DNA of 63,881 nt, the filler included, from Folioceros fuciformis (taxonomy: Eukaryota), in the NCBI GenBank assembly GCA_049999805.1. It is 5 parts of 5 records of this genome, joined end to end, with 100 filler letters (N's around TTAATTAATTAA, not from the genome) between each part and the next. Parts side by side here need not be neighbours in the genome. Positions count along the whole stretch, not along the records: positions 1 to 17,506 come from JBNGIO010005941.1; 4 more parts are not named here. One strand, 5' to 3'. Of the stretch, positions 1 through 12,167 are shown piece by piece. The position numbers and the translations under genes were made by a program. Every line of letters starts with the position of its first letter. Positions within the stretch are counted from its first letter, which is position 1. The notes beneath the pieces were generated by a model, which was given only the letters and a program-made list of their open reading frames with translations, was not told the origin of the DNA and ran no database searches.

Positions 1-742
1 AGTCTACCGTATCCATCTCCAAATCCGCCAGCAACATGGACTCCGTCACCGCCTCCAGCCTGCACTCCGTGTAGCGCATCGCCGCGGCCGGGTCGGCATC
101 AATGGAACCAAAATTACCATGCCCGTTAATCAAAGGTGACCTCAAAGAAAACCCCTGCGCCATCCGCACCAATGCATCATACACGGCCGTGTCCCCGTGC
201 GGGTGGTACTTCCCCAGCACCTCCCCCACCACCCTGGCGCACTTTTTGAAGGGCTTCTTTGAACTGAGCCCGAGTTCGTGCATGGCGAACAGGATCCTCC
301 TGTGCACCGGCTTCAGCCCGTCCCTCACGTCCGGCAGCGCTCGGCCGACTATCACCGACATAGCGTAGGCCACGTACGATTCGGAGGCCTCCTCGTGGAG
401 TTCCACCTGCACAACCCGCTGGTCCTGCGCCAGCAGAACCCCCGCCTCCGGCCCGGACCGCTCATCCCCGTCCTCGGAACCTTCCCCGCCTGTCCCGGTA
501 CGGGCACCAGCCGCAGCCACCGTCTGCTCCCCCCTCTGCTTCCTCGTCCTCCCGCCCGCAGCAGCGCTCCATCGCCGGCTCCCCTGCCCGCGCGGGAAGA
601 GCCTGCTGGAATGGGAGATGGAGACGCGAGAGGCGCGGGAGGAGAGGAGCCAAAGCCTGGAGGTCCTAGGTAGCGTAATTGCGCAGTCCAGGGCGGCACG
701 GGCCGAACTCGACGCCATCCCCGTACTCCCCGAGAGCGCCAT
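1..742 (-). CDS. GYRA: DNA gyrase subunit A, organellar (5' part; runs off window start)
   Basis: Minus frame reads [13 protein letters not shown] (transit-peptide-like) then [41 protein letters not shown]...[20 protein letters not shown]...[18 protein letters not shown] (catalytic Tyr motif). Alternative in-frame ATG at 823. Confidence 0.95.
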   Translation of the reverse strand, partial: MALSGSTGMASSSARAALDCAITLPRTSRLWLLSSRASRVSISHSSRLFPRGQGSRRWSAAAGGRTRKQRGEQTVAAAGARTGTGGEGSEDGDERSGPEAGVLLAQDQRVVQVELHEEASESYVAYAMSVIVGRALPDVRDGLKPVHRRILFAMHELGLSSKKPFKKCARVVGEVLGKYHPHGDTAVYDALVRMAQGFSLRSPLINGHGNFGSIDADPAAAMRYTECRLEAVTESMLLADLEMDTVD

Positions 743-992
743 CAGGCGAATGCCCTTGCTTTGCGTCCAGCAGAGACAGGACACGCCTGTTCTGCACAAG
801 AGCAGTGCGTTTTGCTGCACCATGTTGGTCGTCATCGGTACCTGCCTTGCGGCCCATTACCCGCCGAGGCTGGGCTTCCCGCCTCCCGCATTGTTACCGT
901 GCGTCCCGCTGCCCTGCCACGGCGTCCCCTGGAACCCACTCTATCCTGTCCCCTAGACTTGGTCTCATCCGAGCGAGGTAGCCTGACTACAC

Positions 993-1014
993 TGGCCCAC
1001 CTTTGGGTTTAGGG
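993..1014. promoter_or_regulatory. Site II (GGCCCA) plus telo-box-like GGGTTTAGGG upstream of GYRA
   Basis: tggcccac at ~993 next to gggtttaggg at ~1005; this pairing is typical of plant proliferation and organelle gene promoters. Confidence 0.4.
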
Positions 1015-2105
1015 CTTAACGTCGTCCAGACCGCGGCTGTGCACACATAACGACAGAATGAGCGCCACATCACTAGATTCTGTACTTCGATCCATACCTT
1101 TCTCGTCTGTCTTGGAGTGTTTTAGCTGGAGGGATTGTCCAAGTGAGGATCGATTAGCATCACAGAATGGCCGACCGTTGTATGACGGGGGAAGACAAAG
1201 ATCCAGTTGGAGAAGAGTGTCTTGGAGCTCCTGCTGTCCGTGAGAACTATCCACGGTAGCCAGCAGAGCGAGGACACACAGCATTGTGCTTTCCCACGCT
1301 TATTTGTCGTGGGATTGGATAGCAAACGGCGAATTAGCGGCGTCGATGCCCCGCCAGAAGCACCGGAACGTCAATTGGAACGGGACGTAACTTATCGGCC
1401 GCCAATGTTAAGTCGTTCAGTCGGATAGAGGCTAATTAGGAACACTGATAACTATTACTCACTGCGTCGTAGACGTTCTCACTAGAAATAATCAACGAGC
1501 CAGTAAACCAATCATTCTGCAACACACGAACGTGCGTGCCAATCGCTGGAAGAACAGGTGCTACCTCACATGGCCGAGCGCTCAATCGGAATGCGGAGGA
1601 AAAGCGGCCGGGGAGAGTCGTTGGGAGACGGCTCGTTCGCTTCTACGCTTTAGCTGCTCCTTCCCGCGCACAAGTGTAAACGATTATTGAGTACGGCGTA
1701 GTATCGCTTTCAGTCCAAGTACTACAAAACTTTCGACTCTGCTGACTGACTCTTCAATGGCCGGCAGTTCACTCCCTCGGATTGCAAAAGGAATATAGCG
1801 CTTGAAGAAGAGAAGGAAGGAGTAGGGGAATTGTAATCGTTTGAACGTTTGGCGATGGACGAGTCAGGACGAAAGAAGCATCGCAGAGCGAGTGGTTACA
1901 AGAATTCATCACTGCAGTTCAAAATGTAACATTCACCAAGGCTCCTCTCCACCAGAGCCCGCTCACGGATGCAGCTAAGCAAGAGTGTTTCTACGCAGTT
2001 CTAGTGAGCGCACAAAACCGGAGGCTGTTGGAGGGACCTTCGCACAGAAGACAGACACTGGCAGATACAAACTGATCACTTGTCTTCGATTCGCCGCATG
2101 CTGAT

Positions 2106-2725
2106 TCATTCAGCCCATTTCACATCAATGTGTCGAACTTCAGGTTTCTTCTCCTCGACCTTTGGCACGATAACAGTGAGCACGCCATTCTCCACACTTG
2201 CTGCGACCTGATGGAGCTGCACGTTCTTGGGAAGCCGAAACTTGCGCAGGAATTGGCCATAAGACCGCTCCACATGGTGCCACTTGTCTTTCTCCTGCAC
2301 TTCTTCCTTGCTGCGCTCTCCACTGATCTTTAGCACATTGCCATCCTCAACTTCCACCTTCACCTCTTCTTTCTTCAGACCTGCAAAGAGTAGCAGTCAT
2401 TCCTCGTACCACAGCCTTGACACCGACGGCGCCTCCACACCTACGTCGATCATGAAAACAAGAATATTGCGATGGCATGATTTGTGCGGTGGTAGGAGGA
2501 TCGCTATTGCTTACCAGGCAAATCTGCCTTGAACACGTGAGCAGTAGGTGTCTCCTTCCAATCAACCTTGGTGCTTGCTACAGCAGAAGCATCCCTCGCA
2601 AAAGATCGCGCGGGAGTCCGCTCCGCCTGTGTAAAGCTCTCGAAGGGGTCCAACAGCCGATCGAAACCGAGGGGCTCCCAAATACTCTCATTACCCAGGC
2701 GTGAGAAGAAAGGAGCCAACGCCAT
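2106..2725 (-). CDS. Small heat shock protein (HSP20, cytosolic class I-like), 2 exons (2725-2515, 2380-2106)
   Basis: MALAPFF...DPFE...[18 protein letters not shown] | [22 protein letters not shown]...[18 protein letters not shown]...[15 protein letters not shown] intron 2514-2381. Confidence 0.93.
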
Positions 2726-2867
2726 GTAGCCTATGTTGTTCACCGGACGACAAGGTTGCGCGAGAGGGGAAACTTGCTCAGAAAATACCACAGCTGTGAC
2801 CAGTAGAATCACCTTAAGTTCAGATGCCAAAGCAACTGCACGATGCTGAGGCCGGAGCGACGCGCAG

Positions 2868-3040
2868 TTTAAGAAGGCCAGGAAGCACGTTCTGGAGCCT
2901 TCTCGCAGTGAGTGGTCGGACAGTCTACCAGCTTCTTGAAGTTGGACGGGACCGTTATGGTTCCGTCGCGAACCTTCTTGCTTTTAATTTTTACTGTAGA
3001 AACATCAAGAATTCGCGTTCCATAGGAACGCTGGTTCTCG
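2868..3040 (-). promoter_or_regulatory. Heat shock elements and TATA-like box of the sHSP gene
   Basis: Alternating nGAAn/nTTCn units: TTCtgGAGccTTC (2890-2902), TTCttGAA (~2933), GAAccTTC (~2970), GAAacATCaaGAA (~2999); CTTAAA on the minus strand at 2873-2868. Confidence 0.7.
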
Positions 3041-3059
3041 TGACACGATAGAGCTCAAC

Positions 3060-3545
3060 CTATGATGTGCACTATCCCCGTGTGCAGTGGGTACAGAAGG
3101 TCGTTGTTGGAATGCTGTTCGGGAATCCTACAATGACGCCATACAATCCCACCAAGTCCGAATATGTAGATGAGGAGTGAAGGCGGATGTTCACGTCTTT
3201 GTAACTGCCCTTCAAGCCTGACAACGTGCCTTTGCCATCTCTGCTGCTTGCTAACTTGGAGTCTGGCGGAAGAGTGCGCTGTGACTTCGTTCACAGTTGT
3301 CATTAGTTCTTGCTTGTTTGCCTGGTGAACATGTATGCAAGAGTTGGTGAACTTAAACATGCAATCCAGCGAGGCAGTTTTTGACAACATGTCCACAAAG
3401 AATGTGGTGATATGAATACCCTGACTGCTGGGTATGCAGAATGTGGTGAAGAGAAGGATGCACGCCGGGGCTTCTTTTGACAGCATGGCAACGATGGATG
3501 CGGTGACTAGGAATGCTCGCTGATCGCTGGGTCACGGCTTGGGAC
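3060..3545 (+). pseudogene. Degenerate PLS-type PPR fragment
   Basis: Frame-shifted pieces: FKPDNV..., LVNMYARVGELKHA, AVFDNMSTKNVVI*, NTLTAGYAECGEEKDAR, FDSMATMDAVTRNA.LIAG; contains stops and shifts. Confidence 0.7.
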
Positions 3546-4479
3546 ATATTCTGTGCGGACGGAACGCCGAAGCAGGAGGGGGCAGATTAGGGCTCACCAT
3601 GTCATTTCTGCTTCGCGCTCCCCGCCCCCCTCCCCCGCTTTCTCTCAGGTATACTTCCTTCTCCTCCCTTGTTTCCGCTTCTCACAGCAACCATATTCGT
3701 GTATAGAAGGCCAAGCAGTTGCTGTCACAGGCTCTGCAACGGGAGCGGGAGACCATCAAACCCATGCCTGTTAGAGCGTGCCTGGTCGCATAATAGAAGG
3801 GAATTGCTTTCCAACGGCAACAGCAGCAGCAGCAGCAGCAGCGTTGGACCCGACTCTGAGTGTCGGGTAGTGTGGCAGCAGTGAGCTGGAGGAGTCCTCA
3901 TGTATTCAGCTTGGAAGTGACTTGGATGCCAAAACCGTGCTGCCACTCCAGGCTGCGGCTACAGAGGATGGATTTCCGGAAGAAGAAAACTTCTATTTCA
4001 GTCCACTGAGGACGAATTTGCTTCATGGGGTTGGTACTTCAGCTTCCGTCCAAGACCATCCTTCCCTTTCCGTTTCGGGACCCCATCTAAGTTGAAGTCG
4101 AAGCCGAAGCCGAAAGCGTAGGCATGCTTAATCCTGAAGCGACGTTCGTCCGCATGGGCGTAGGCTCTACCGCGTAAGGTCTACTTTGATTATATTAGTT
4201 TTATTTATGGTCATTCGAAAGAAGCAATTACCTAATCTCGATTCAACACCGAAAACAGTATCAAGGTTGTTACTACCGTAGACTACCTACCTTCCAAAAA
4301 AGTTCCAAGGGCTTATGTGTTCTATAAATAGCCGACCCTAATCTCAGTCTGGTACTGATAAGTGAAGGCCCGGGCACTCCACTAAAAGCGCGCTCTGAAT
4401 TTTCAATACGCTCCTCGAGCCTGCTGTCTTTTGATTGTTGCGAGCCCTTGAGCTTTGCTGCCGGTACCGTTGAAGCGAC

Positions 4480-4963
4480 ATGGGTCACGAAGCGGTGTGG
4501 AACTCTCACCCGAAGAAGTACGGGCCCGGCTCGCGGACCTGGTAGGCTATCTGTCGCCGAGCGCTCCGCCTCCACAGTGTCGGGGGCAACCCGAGGCTTG
4601 TGGTCCTTGGTTTCATGGATTTTATCGTTTAGGTCTAGAGAGCGGCGTGGTTCTGGTCTGGCTGACGAATCATCTGGTGTTTTTGTGTGTGTGGTGCAGC
4701 CGGGTCTGTGGCAATGGGCATGGCTTGATCAGGAAGTATGGTATCATGGCGTGCCGTCAGTGTTTCCGAATCTACGCCAAGGACATTGGCTTCGTCAAGG
4801 TGGGTGGCTCTCTGTGCGCTTATTTCGGACTTATGTCATGGTTCCTCTGGGTCTCTCAGTGGCTGGTTTTTCGGTTGGATATTTTCCTGGCGAGGGAAAG
4901 CCTTTGTTGAGGGCTCGTCGTATTCATTCTATTCTGTGGCCTTTGCTTGTGCAGTACCGTTAG
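4480..4963 (+). CDS. RPS29: 40S ribosomal protein S29 (uS14), 3 exons
   Basis: Spliced product [56 protein letters not shown]; CxxC...CxxC zinc motif; canonical GT-AG introns. Confidence 0.97.
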
Positions 4964-6658
4964 AGTCTTTGAGAAGCCTCTTTGTTGCAAGGGGAATCAA
5001 TGGCATATGGTTAGAAGAAGAATGTATCCATACATATTCAGAATGGATTGTAGAGGTTTAGGATCCAGGGTTGCAGGCTTCACCGGGTTACTGTAGTGCT
5101 ACCGCCGAAATTGAAACAATCTGACGACTGTTGCTTGTTCACGAAATTTTATTGCTGTAGAGGTCTTGAGCCGCGAAATTCCCTGAAATAAAATTGCAGA
5201 TTGTGCCAATAGATCATCCAGTCTTTGCGCCCTCTTGTTGTCATGGCTGATACCAGCTGGCCCGTATGTTCGCGATTTCGGGCCAACGATGAGCCAGGCT
5301 TGGTCTCAATTAAGAGTTGCGGGTGGGTACCTTGCTCGAAACTCACCCGGGAGAGCAACAAAGATCTGTAACATTCTCAGATTTGCTGAACGCCCTCCCC
5401 ATTCTGACGTCCAGAGAAAAAGTGTCTATCTGGCCAAGAAAAGCAATCAGGGCTACACTCTTCCCCATGATCCCAGAAAGCCACGCGATCCGAACTGCAC
5501 TAAACCACAAACCCTCGAACAGCCCAACTTCGCCCGTCAGCAAACGCCAGCAGTTGTAGTCCCAATACCCTTAGCCTCGATTCGAAGAAATTGTATCTGG
5601 GTATTCTGGAAGCTTTTTGGGCACGATTTCTTCGAGTATCATTGGATTGGTTTGTCATGGATGCGTGCTCATTGATTGTGAGGTCTTGAAGTTTCTTGCC
5701 ACGAAGTACCAAGTGCCGTACTGGTGAGTCACGGCAGCTGTCACCTGGCACGGGAAGCCAGCGCTATGCGGCCCGCCGGTGAGAGATTTGGCGCTCGTGT
5801 TGGCAACAGGTGGAGAACATTCTCTACCCGGCCTTGGCTTCAGCAGCGCAATACCTATGCTCCTTGCTACGCGTTTCACTTGCTGCATGCTAATTCTCCT
5901 CCTCTGCTGCCGTCCGAATTCGGTTGTGTTTAACAGGACTTCGCGCCCTGCACCCAATTGCTCCGCCCGCCTAGGGCTATATTCCAACACGTGGGTTGCC
6001 CTCCCTTCTGCTAATCCCATTCTGGAGCCCACAAATTAACGTGTGCGGGGATTCCACTAAGAGCTCCCGCTTGCCTCACTGTAAGGAGTGAAACTCGGGC
6101 AAACAAAACCTCCAGATGCCTCTGTGAAAGGATCCCGGCACTGCCACTTCCAAACGCGAAAAGCTCGCATTCGCCAGACTTCAGGTGTAAGGGGTCGGGC
6201 TAAGTGCTGTGATTGAACCGCAGACGTAAGTTAGCTTAGGAGCCAAAGGTTCTCCATCCGAACCCTGAAATCAATAGCCTGAACGAAGTGTGAAATTCAT
6301 TCCACCTCAGAACGGTGAAAGTCGCGCACAATCGCACGAGGAGTAGGGGGCACGCCAACCCTAAAGCACGATCGAGGCCTTCACGAACCTCAATATGAAA
6401 GGAGAATGTAAGCGAAAGTGGAATTGCAGTCGGAATTGCGGCGCTATCGGAAGGTGGGGCGGCAGCTGTACTTTCACGTGTTTAAGCAATCGCTGCTGGG
6501 TACTCGAGGGATCCAAGGCTGTGTAGGAAGGATACGGGCGCTGCGTGGTTTCCCAGGAAACGCCTGCCTCTGTTGGTGTATTGAGTACGTGAAGTACTGT
6601 GAGCGGCGGAAACTCTGTTCTCCACGGCAGGAGCGCCATCTCTCCATCTACTGCCAGC

Positions 6659-8237
6659 ATGGCGAACCGTAAGATTGCGCAAACACCAGGGTGTGGCCTG
6701 TTTCGAAAGCTGACGTAGGATTTGGGGTACCAAACTTGAACTGAGTAAAGGTCGTCATGGTTGCGCGGCTTCAATTCGCTTGTAGGGTTCTAAGGTCCAT
6801 ACTGAGTTGCTGCGTTTGCGGGTCCTGCAGGTTTGCAGTTTGAGAACAGCAGTGAGATTGGGGTGTTTTCAAAGCTCACGAACGCTTACTGTCTGGCTGC
6901 AATCGGTGGGTCTGAGAATTTCTACAGGTACGACGAGGACTAGAGTTTCTGCAAGGCTCGCTTACGGTTTTGGCGCATGTGGGTGTGTTTGGTAGGTGTG
7001 CTGACGGCGTCGGAGGTTTACTTGGTCCAGTGCCTTTGAGGCGGAGCTCGCAGACGTTATACCTGTGGTGAAAACTTCAATTGCAGGGTCCAGAATAATT
7101 GGCCGCATGTGCATAGGTTAGTTGAAGGGACGATTTATGCTCCTTCCAGCTGTTTGTAGGATGTGATTCCTGACATTATCTGGGTTGTTTTTTTTTGCGG
7201 CTTGGCAGGCAACAAGAACGGCCTTTTGTTACCCAACTCTATCACGGATCAAGGTGAAGACCTGCTACGGTTGTGTTACATGTGTGGAGTAGGAGGATGG
7301 CTTTAATGTAACTCCTTGCCTGTGGTTTGTTGTCGATTGCAGAGTTGTTACACTTGAGGAATTCCCTTCCTGACAGTGTGGTTGTTCAAAGAGTGGATGA
7401 AAGGCTTTGTGCCCTCGGGAACAATGTCTCTTGCAATGACTATGTTGCTTTGATCCATACAGACTTGGACCAGGTAAGTTCCATGTAGGTCAGCGTCAGC
7501 CTTCTTTGATGTCACCGCGGAAGCTACCTCATGCAGTCGTGTGGATGCAATGATGAACTTCTAATGCAGCGACAAGTTCAGCTACTGCTAACTTGGCTGT
7601 GCTATACTATCAGTTTGTATTCCCTGAGCATCGACATTCATTCCTGCAAAAGGTCCTTTGGAATCTGTTGTGCTCAGTTTTCAGAGGGCTGTCCACGTCT
7701 GCTGGGAGTGATCGATCCTATTAGCCAAACGGTGATGTTTTTCATATGCCCACCCTGCAGGAAACTGAGGAGCTGCTAGCAGACGTTCTCGGTGTGGAGG
7801 TTTTTCGTCACACGGTGGCTGGGAACATTCTAGTCGGTAGCTATTGCGTGTTCTCCAACAGGGGAGGGCTGGTGAGTTTTGTTTTCATGATTCGACCTCA
7901 GAGCGAGAGGGAGAGACAGGGCTTCGTCAGTGGACTCTAATGAAGCGACTTGATGTGCGTGTTCGAACCTGAAACACAGGTGCATCCCCACACATCAATC
8001 GAGGACCTGGACGAGTTGTCAACTTTGTTGCAAGTACCCTTGGTGGCTGGAACGGTGAACCGAGGCAGCGAGGTTATTGGAGCTGGCCTCGTTGCCAACG
8101 ATTGGACTGCTTTCTGTGGGTCAGACACAACAGCCACCGAAATCTCGGTGGTTGAGAGCGTCTTCAAGCTAAGGGAAGCTCAACCAACTGCCATCGTAAA
8201 TGAGATGCGGGCCTCCTTGATCGACAGCATGACATGA
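6659..8237 (+). CDS. EIF6: Eukaryotic translation initiation factor 6, 7 exons
   Basis: [25 protein letters not shown]...|[36 protein letters not shown]...|...LRNSLPD...|[16 protein letters not shown]...|[30 protein letters not shown]...LIDSMT*. Confidence 0.97.
7544..7632 (+). ncRNA. Candidate box C/D snoRNA in eIF6 intron 5
   Basis: Perfect box C ATGATGA (7550-7556), box D CTGA (7624-7627) and closing 5-bp stem GATGC/GCATC; 89 nt; lies in the longest eIF6 intron. Confidence 0.65.
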
Positions 8238-9380
8238 TTCACACCATGTAAACCCCCCTTAAAGCTTGTCGGCTGTCATTTCAGCCATGGAAAAAGTGAG
8301 TGATCCCTGGTAACAATGGGGAGGAATGAGCCCTTCCTATTGGCGACGGAAGCAGATCCCACCGAGCAAGTAGATACCGTAAAATGACCAAATTATGTAC
8401 GTACACAGCACGCCGTCAACCTCTGCCTTGTTTACGGAGTGGCCCCACCAGGAGTATATTACTCATGGACACATGCCTGGGCTTCACAGCTTTTTGGGAG
8501 TTCTGTGGGAGCTGTCAGTATTGCTTTCCCTATACCCGACAAGAGGTCTTCGAGGACTCTTTGGCTTGTGTAGTTGTCTGTGACTCATGAGGAATGCACC
8601 CTGCGAAACATTTTGTTTTTACGATACATTTATTGTACAAGTTGTTCCCACGCCGAGTGGAACGTAACGTGGGGATCCGATCTCTGCAAGGCAGCCAGCA
8701 CTGGACTGCATAATGCCCACTTGATGAGAGCCAGGCCTGGCCAAAGGCTTCGAAGACCCAATCTTGATCCCCATCCCTTGCCCCTGGTGGCGTGGTGCTG
8801 ATGACGGGGAATGTGCGGCCTCACTCTGCTCGCCTGGGCGACGACGTCCGACAGTTGGGCGAAAAGCGGATGCCGCCATCCTGTGATCAGAGGCGTTGAA
8901 TATGTTCCACGGAGCAAGGGGATTCGTCAGGGTAGTTCCCCGTGCCACTTGGGATGTGCGAGACTGGTGGAGCTTTTTCTTCCTTTTGGGTGAAAACTGA
9001 GCCGTAGAGAAAGCCTCGCCCAGCACGAACTCAGCGCCTGGTGGAGCTCCCCCCCAGATTCTCAGTACTGACAGCCGCTTCCTTTCTTTTAGGATGATAA
9101 CTCGGATTAGCAAGGAAAAGGAGAACGAGTACCGCTGGTTATGGCCACGTTACATGTATGAAGTGCGAGCTTTTAGAGAGCTGTGCAATGTGAAGGAGGG
9201 TTTAGGGTGTATGGTGAGGCTGGAATCGAGAGACTGTTGCCCTTTGTTTCTGTTCCGCGCTTCTGCTAACGCATCTGCTGCGCTTTGGATGCGATCTCCT
9301 GAGCTGCGGGAATTCTAGTTCTGGTGCCGCTCACTGGCGCTAGAGCTTGCAAGCAAGCGTGTGCGTGAGGCGTTACAGGG

Positions 9381-10175
9381 ATGGCCATGCGCGCAGCGGC
9401 TGTGAAGGCGGCGACCCTGCTGCGGGTGCGCTCCCACCCTTCGATGTACTGCGCTCCCCTCTGCCGCTCCTTCTCCAGCGGTGCGCCTCGGTCCCCGTCC
9501 TTCCTTCTCGCCGCTTTCCCGGCTTCCGTTTTGCTTTCACTTGCAGCTGTGGCAACCGCAATGCGTGGGCTGCGGGCTGCATGCAGTTCTCGACAACCTC
9601 AAGTATGCGGAGTCGCACGAGTGGGTTAAGGTGGAGGGGGACACGGCTATAGTCGGGATCACGGACCACGCGCAGGTACGAAAAAACTTGCTCAAAGCAG
9701 TGCAAGATGCAGAAGTTGTTGGCCACCAAGATTGCCGCCTTCACGCTGTGCGCTTCTTTCTTGGCTTTTAGGGCGCGTTGGGAGACGTGGTGTTCGTGGA
9801 CTTGCCGGAAGTCGGGGCCTCGGTGACACAGGGCAAGACCTTCGGCGTGATAGAGAGCGTCAAGTCTGCCAGTGACGTGTATTCTCCCGTTTCTGGAGAA
9901 GTGGTGGAAGTGAACTCCTCGTTGAAGGACGCGCCTGCTCTGGTTAGTTTGCTCGCTTTTTGCCGATGCGGAGCCTTATCTTGTTTGCCAGGGTCAGTGG
10001 CCTTGTCATTTTTTTGATTGTTTTTTGGTCACTATCTTTGATGGTCTTTCAGGTTAATGGCTTCCCCTTCACCCACGGATGGATCATAAAAGTGAAGCTG
10101 TCCAGCGCCGAGGACCTGGATTCGTTGCTGGATGCCACCAAGTACAAGGAGCTCACAGAGTCCGACAGCCACTAA
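9381..10175 (+). CDS. GDCH: Glycine cleavage system H protein, mitochondrial, 4 exons
   Basis: Presequence [17 protein letters not shown]...RSFSS, then [17 protein letters not shown]...[19 protein letters not shown]...[16 protein letters not shown] (lipoyl Lys)|[15 protein letters not shown]. Confidence 0.96.
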
Positions 10176-10703
10176 CTTCGCAGCTGTGCCACTAACCAAC
10201 TGGTGCGGGCCGCATTTTTCGGCTCGAGATGGGGTCAATTCTAGACGCCAGTTTAACATAACTGGTCACGTCTAGTATCACTGCTACCTTGACTATTTGT
10301 GCAGGCAGCATTTCACGTGATGAGCTTTGTTTGCGGCTGCTTTTGGGTAAAAGGATCATTTAGACATGATCCAGGCACAACAATGATTTGGGGTGCTCGT
10401 TCTGCACCTCGTCCTTCCATGGCTCTGCGCTCAGGGGACGAAGATCGGACAGAGCCATGTAGACGAAGACTGAGGCATGACGCTTGGGGCTATCCTCGGT
10501 GCCCAATTTGTGTCGTTGATGTCATGACGCACGAGGATAGCTGGGGTGGAAGAGTTGGTGGACTGAACTGAACGGTTGCGAAAATATTCCTGTTGGATCG
10601 AAAGGGACATAACTTAGCTTTGTCCTGTTGTAGGAATTTTGAACGCCCCTATATTTTCTTGAGGTCTTTGTCCTCAGAACATAAGGGTCAGATACATCGG
10701 AAA

Positions 10704-11873
10704 CTAAGCAGTCTGGAAGATGTTTTGGATCATCCCCATCGGGACTGAATGTGCAGCAACATCAAGCTCAGCTACCTCGTTGTCAGTGAGGCGCCAGCCG
10801 AGGGCGCCCAAATTCTCCTCCACCTGCGAGATAGACTTCACGCCAGGGATGGGGATGGTGCCCTTGCACATGCACCAGTTGACGGCAATCTGGGAACAGG
10901 TCTTGCCCCGCTTCTTGCCGATGCTCTTGAGGCAGCGCAGGAGCGGGTCGAGGCCGGGGAGGATCTGGCGGAAGAGCAGTCCGCGGGGACCGCGGGGCAG
11001 GGAGTCCCGGGAGTATTTACCAGTGAGCATGCCGAGTCCGAGGGGACTGTAGGCGATTAGCTTGATGCCGAGGTCATCGCAGATGGACTTCACCATGGTC
11101 TGCTCGATGCCGTTGCTAATGAGGGAGAACTGGATCTGCGCCGTGGCCAGCGGCACGCTCATCCTCCGAAGGTAGTTGTGGATGCGGAGCAGCTGTTGAG
11201 GCCCATAATTGCTCACGCCCACCGCCTCTACAAGCCCTGCGTCGTACATGGCCACCAGCCCGTCCCACAGCGCTTGCTCCTGGAAGGGCGCGTACCTCGC
11301 AGTAGACCAGTGCAGCTGCCCGATCCCCAGCTGCTCCACATTTAGCCTGGCGAGCGAGCCCCTACATGCTCGCACAAACTGCGTCGCGGAGAGCCGCCAG
11401 GGGTAGGAAGCGAACTTGGTGGCAATCTTCACACGCCGACGCACCCGCTCCGGATCGGCGGACTCTGCTAAGAACCTTCCTAGCAGAAGCTCGCTGCGCC
11501 CGCTCAGCTTGCCTGTGCCGTAGGAGTCTGCGGTGTCGAAGAGCGTCACTCCCCTGCGCACGGCCAGCTCGAAGCACTGCTGCAGCTGCGCGTCCATGCC
11601 CTCCTCGTAGCCCCATAGCAGCTGGTTGCCCCAGGCCCAGGTGCCCAGCCCCAGCGGAGACAGCTTCAGGGGCCCCGCTTGCACCGCGTGCCAGGGCCAG
11701 TATTGCCGCTTTTGCTCCATCTCCTCCAGCAACCCCATGCTCCGCACGCCCAGCCCCGGCGACCGCCATGGTCTCCGCCCCCGGTAGTGCGCCGGAGGAA
11801 GATGCAAGCCAAGGTTGTTACCCTGGCACTGAAGCTGAGCCTGCACTCCTGCGGCCGCCTGAGTCAGCGACAT
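10704..11873 (-). CDS. PLR1: Aldo-keto reductase, pyridoxal reductase-like (plastid), intronless
   Basis: LGLGTWAWGNQLLWGY, FDTADSYGTG, IATKF, QLHWS, VGVSNYGP, AYSPLGLGMLTGKY, C-terminal QNIFQT; first ATG at 11873 followed by a transit-like sequence. Confidence 0.85.
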   Translation of the reverse strand: MSLTQAAAGVQAQLQCQGNNLGLHLPPAHYRGRRPWRSPGLGVRSMGLLEEMEQKRQYWPWHAVQAGPLKLSPLGLGTWAWGNQLLWGYEEGMDAQLQQCFELAVRRGVTLFDTADSYGTGKLSGRSELLLGRFLAESADPERVRRRVKIATKFASYPWRLSATQFVRACRGSLARLNVEQLGIGQLHWSTARYAPFQEQALWDGLVAMYDAGLVEAVGVSNYGPQQLLRIHNYLRRMSVPLATAQIQFSLISNGIEQTMVKSICDDLGIKLIAYSPLGLGMLTGKYSRDSLPRGPRGLLFRQILPGLDPLLRCLKSIGKKRGKTCSQIAVNWCMCKGTIPIPGVKSISQVEENLGALGWRLTDNEVAELDVAAHSVPMGMIQNIFQTA

Positions 11874-12167
11874 GGAAGCTTCACTACACTGTACAAGACC
11901 GCTGTCAACAGAATTAAAGCCACCACGGTCGGCACACACTTGTCTCTCATTGGTGTAGCCAAGCCACACCTACCACTTCTCTGCTGATATCTCATCATAT
12001 ACAGTACAAAATGTCCTCAGACATTGGTGTGGTGTCTTCTCTCTCCCAGCCCTGCCCCTGGAAAGGCAAGGAATGGACGCGTCCAGCTGCGGCAGCAGTG
12101 TGCACACCAACACGCGGCACGGCACTGCGTAGAATGATAGTGTACAAGTTATTGATCTCTACTCTGT

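Noticed and set aside
1-742. Bacterial gyrA as contamination or recent HGT
   Set aside because: It has an N-terminal transit-like extension and plant promoter motifs; nuclear-encoded organellar gyrase is standard in plants.
102-1012. Overlapping plus-strand ORFs, and similar antisense ORFs over HSP70, PLR1 and the PPRs
   Set aside because: Shadow frames of GC-rich coding sequence on the opposite strand.
8620-9000. GC-rich stretch ending in T runs, possible Pol III RNA (7SL, MRP, U3)
   Set aside because: No conserved motifs of those RNAs and no USE/TATA recognised.
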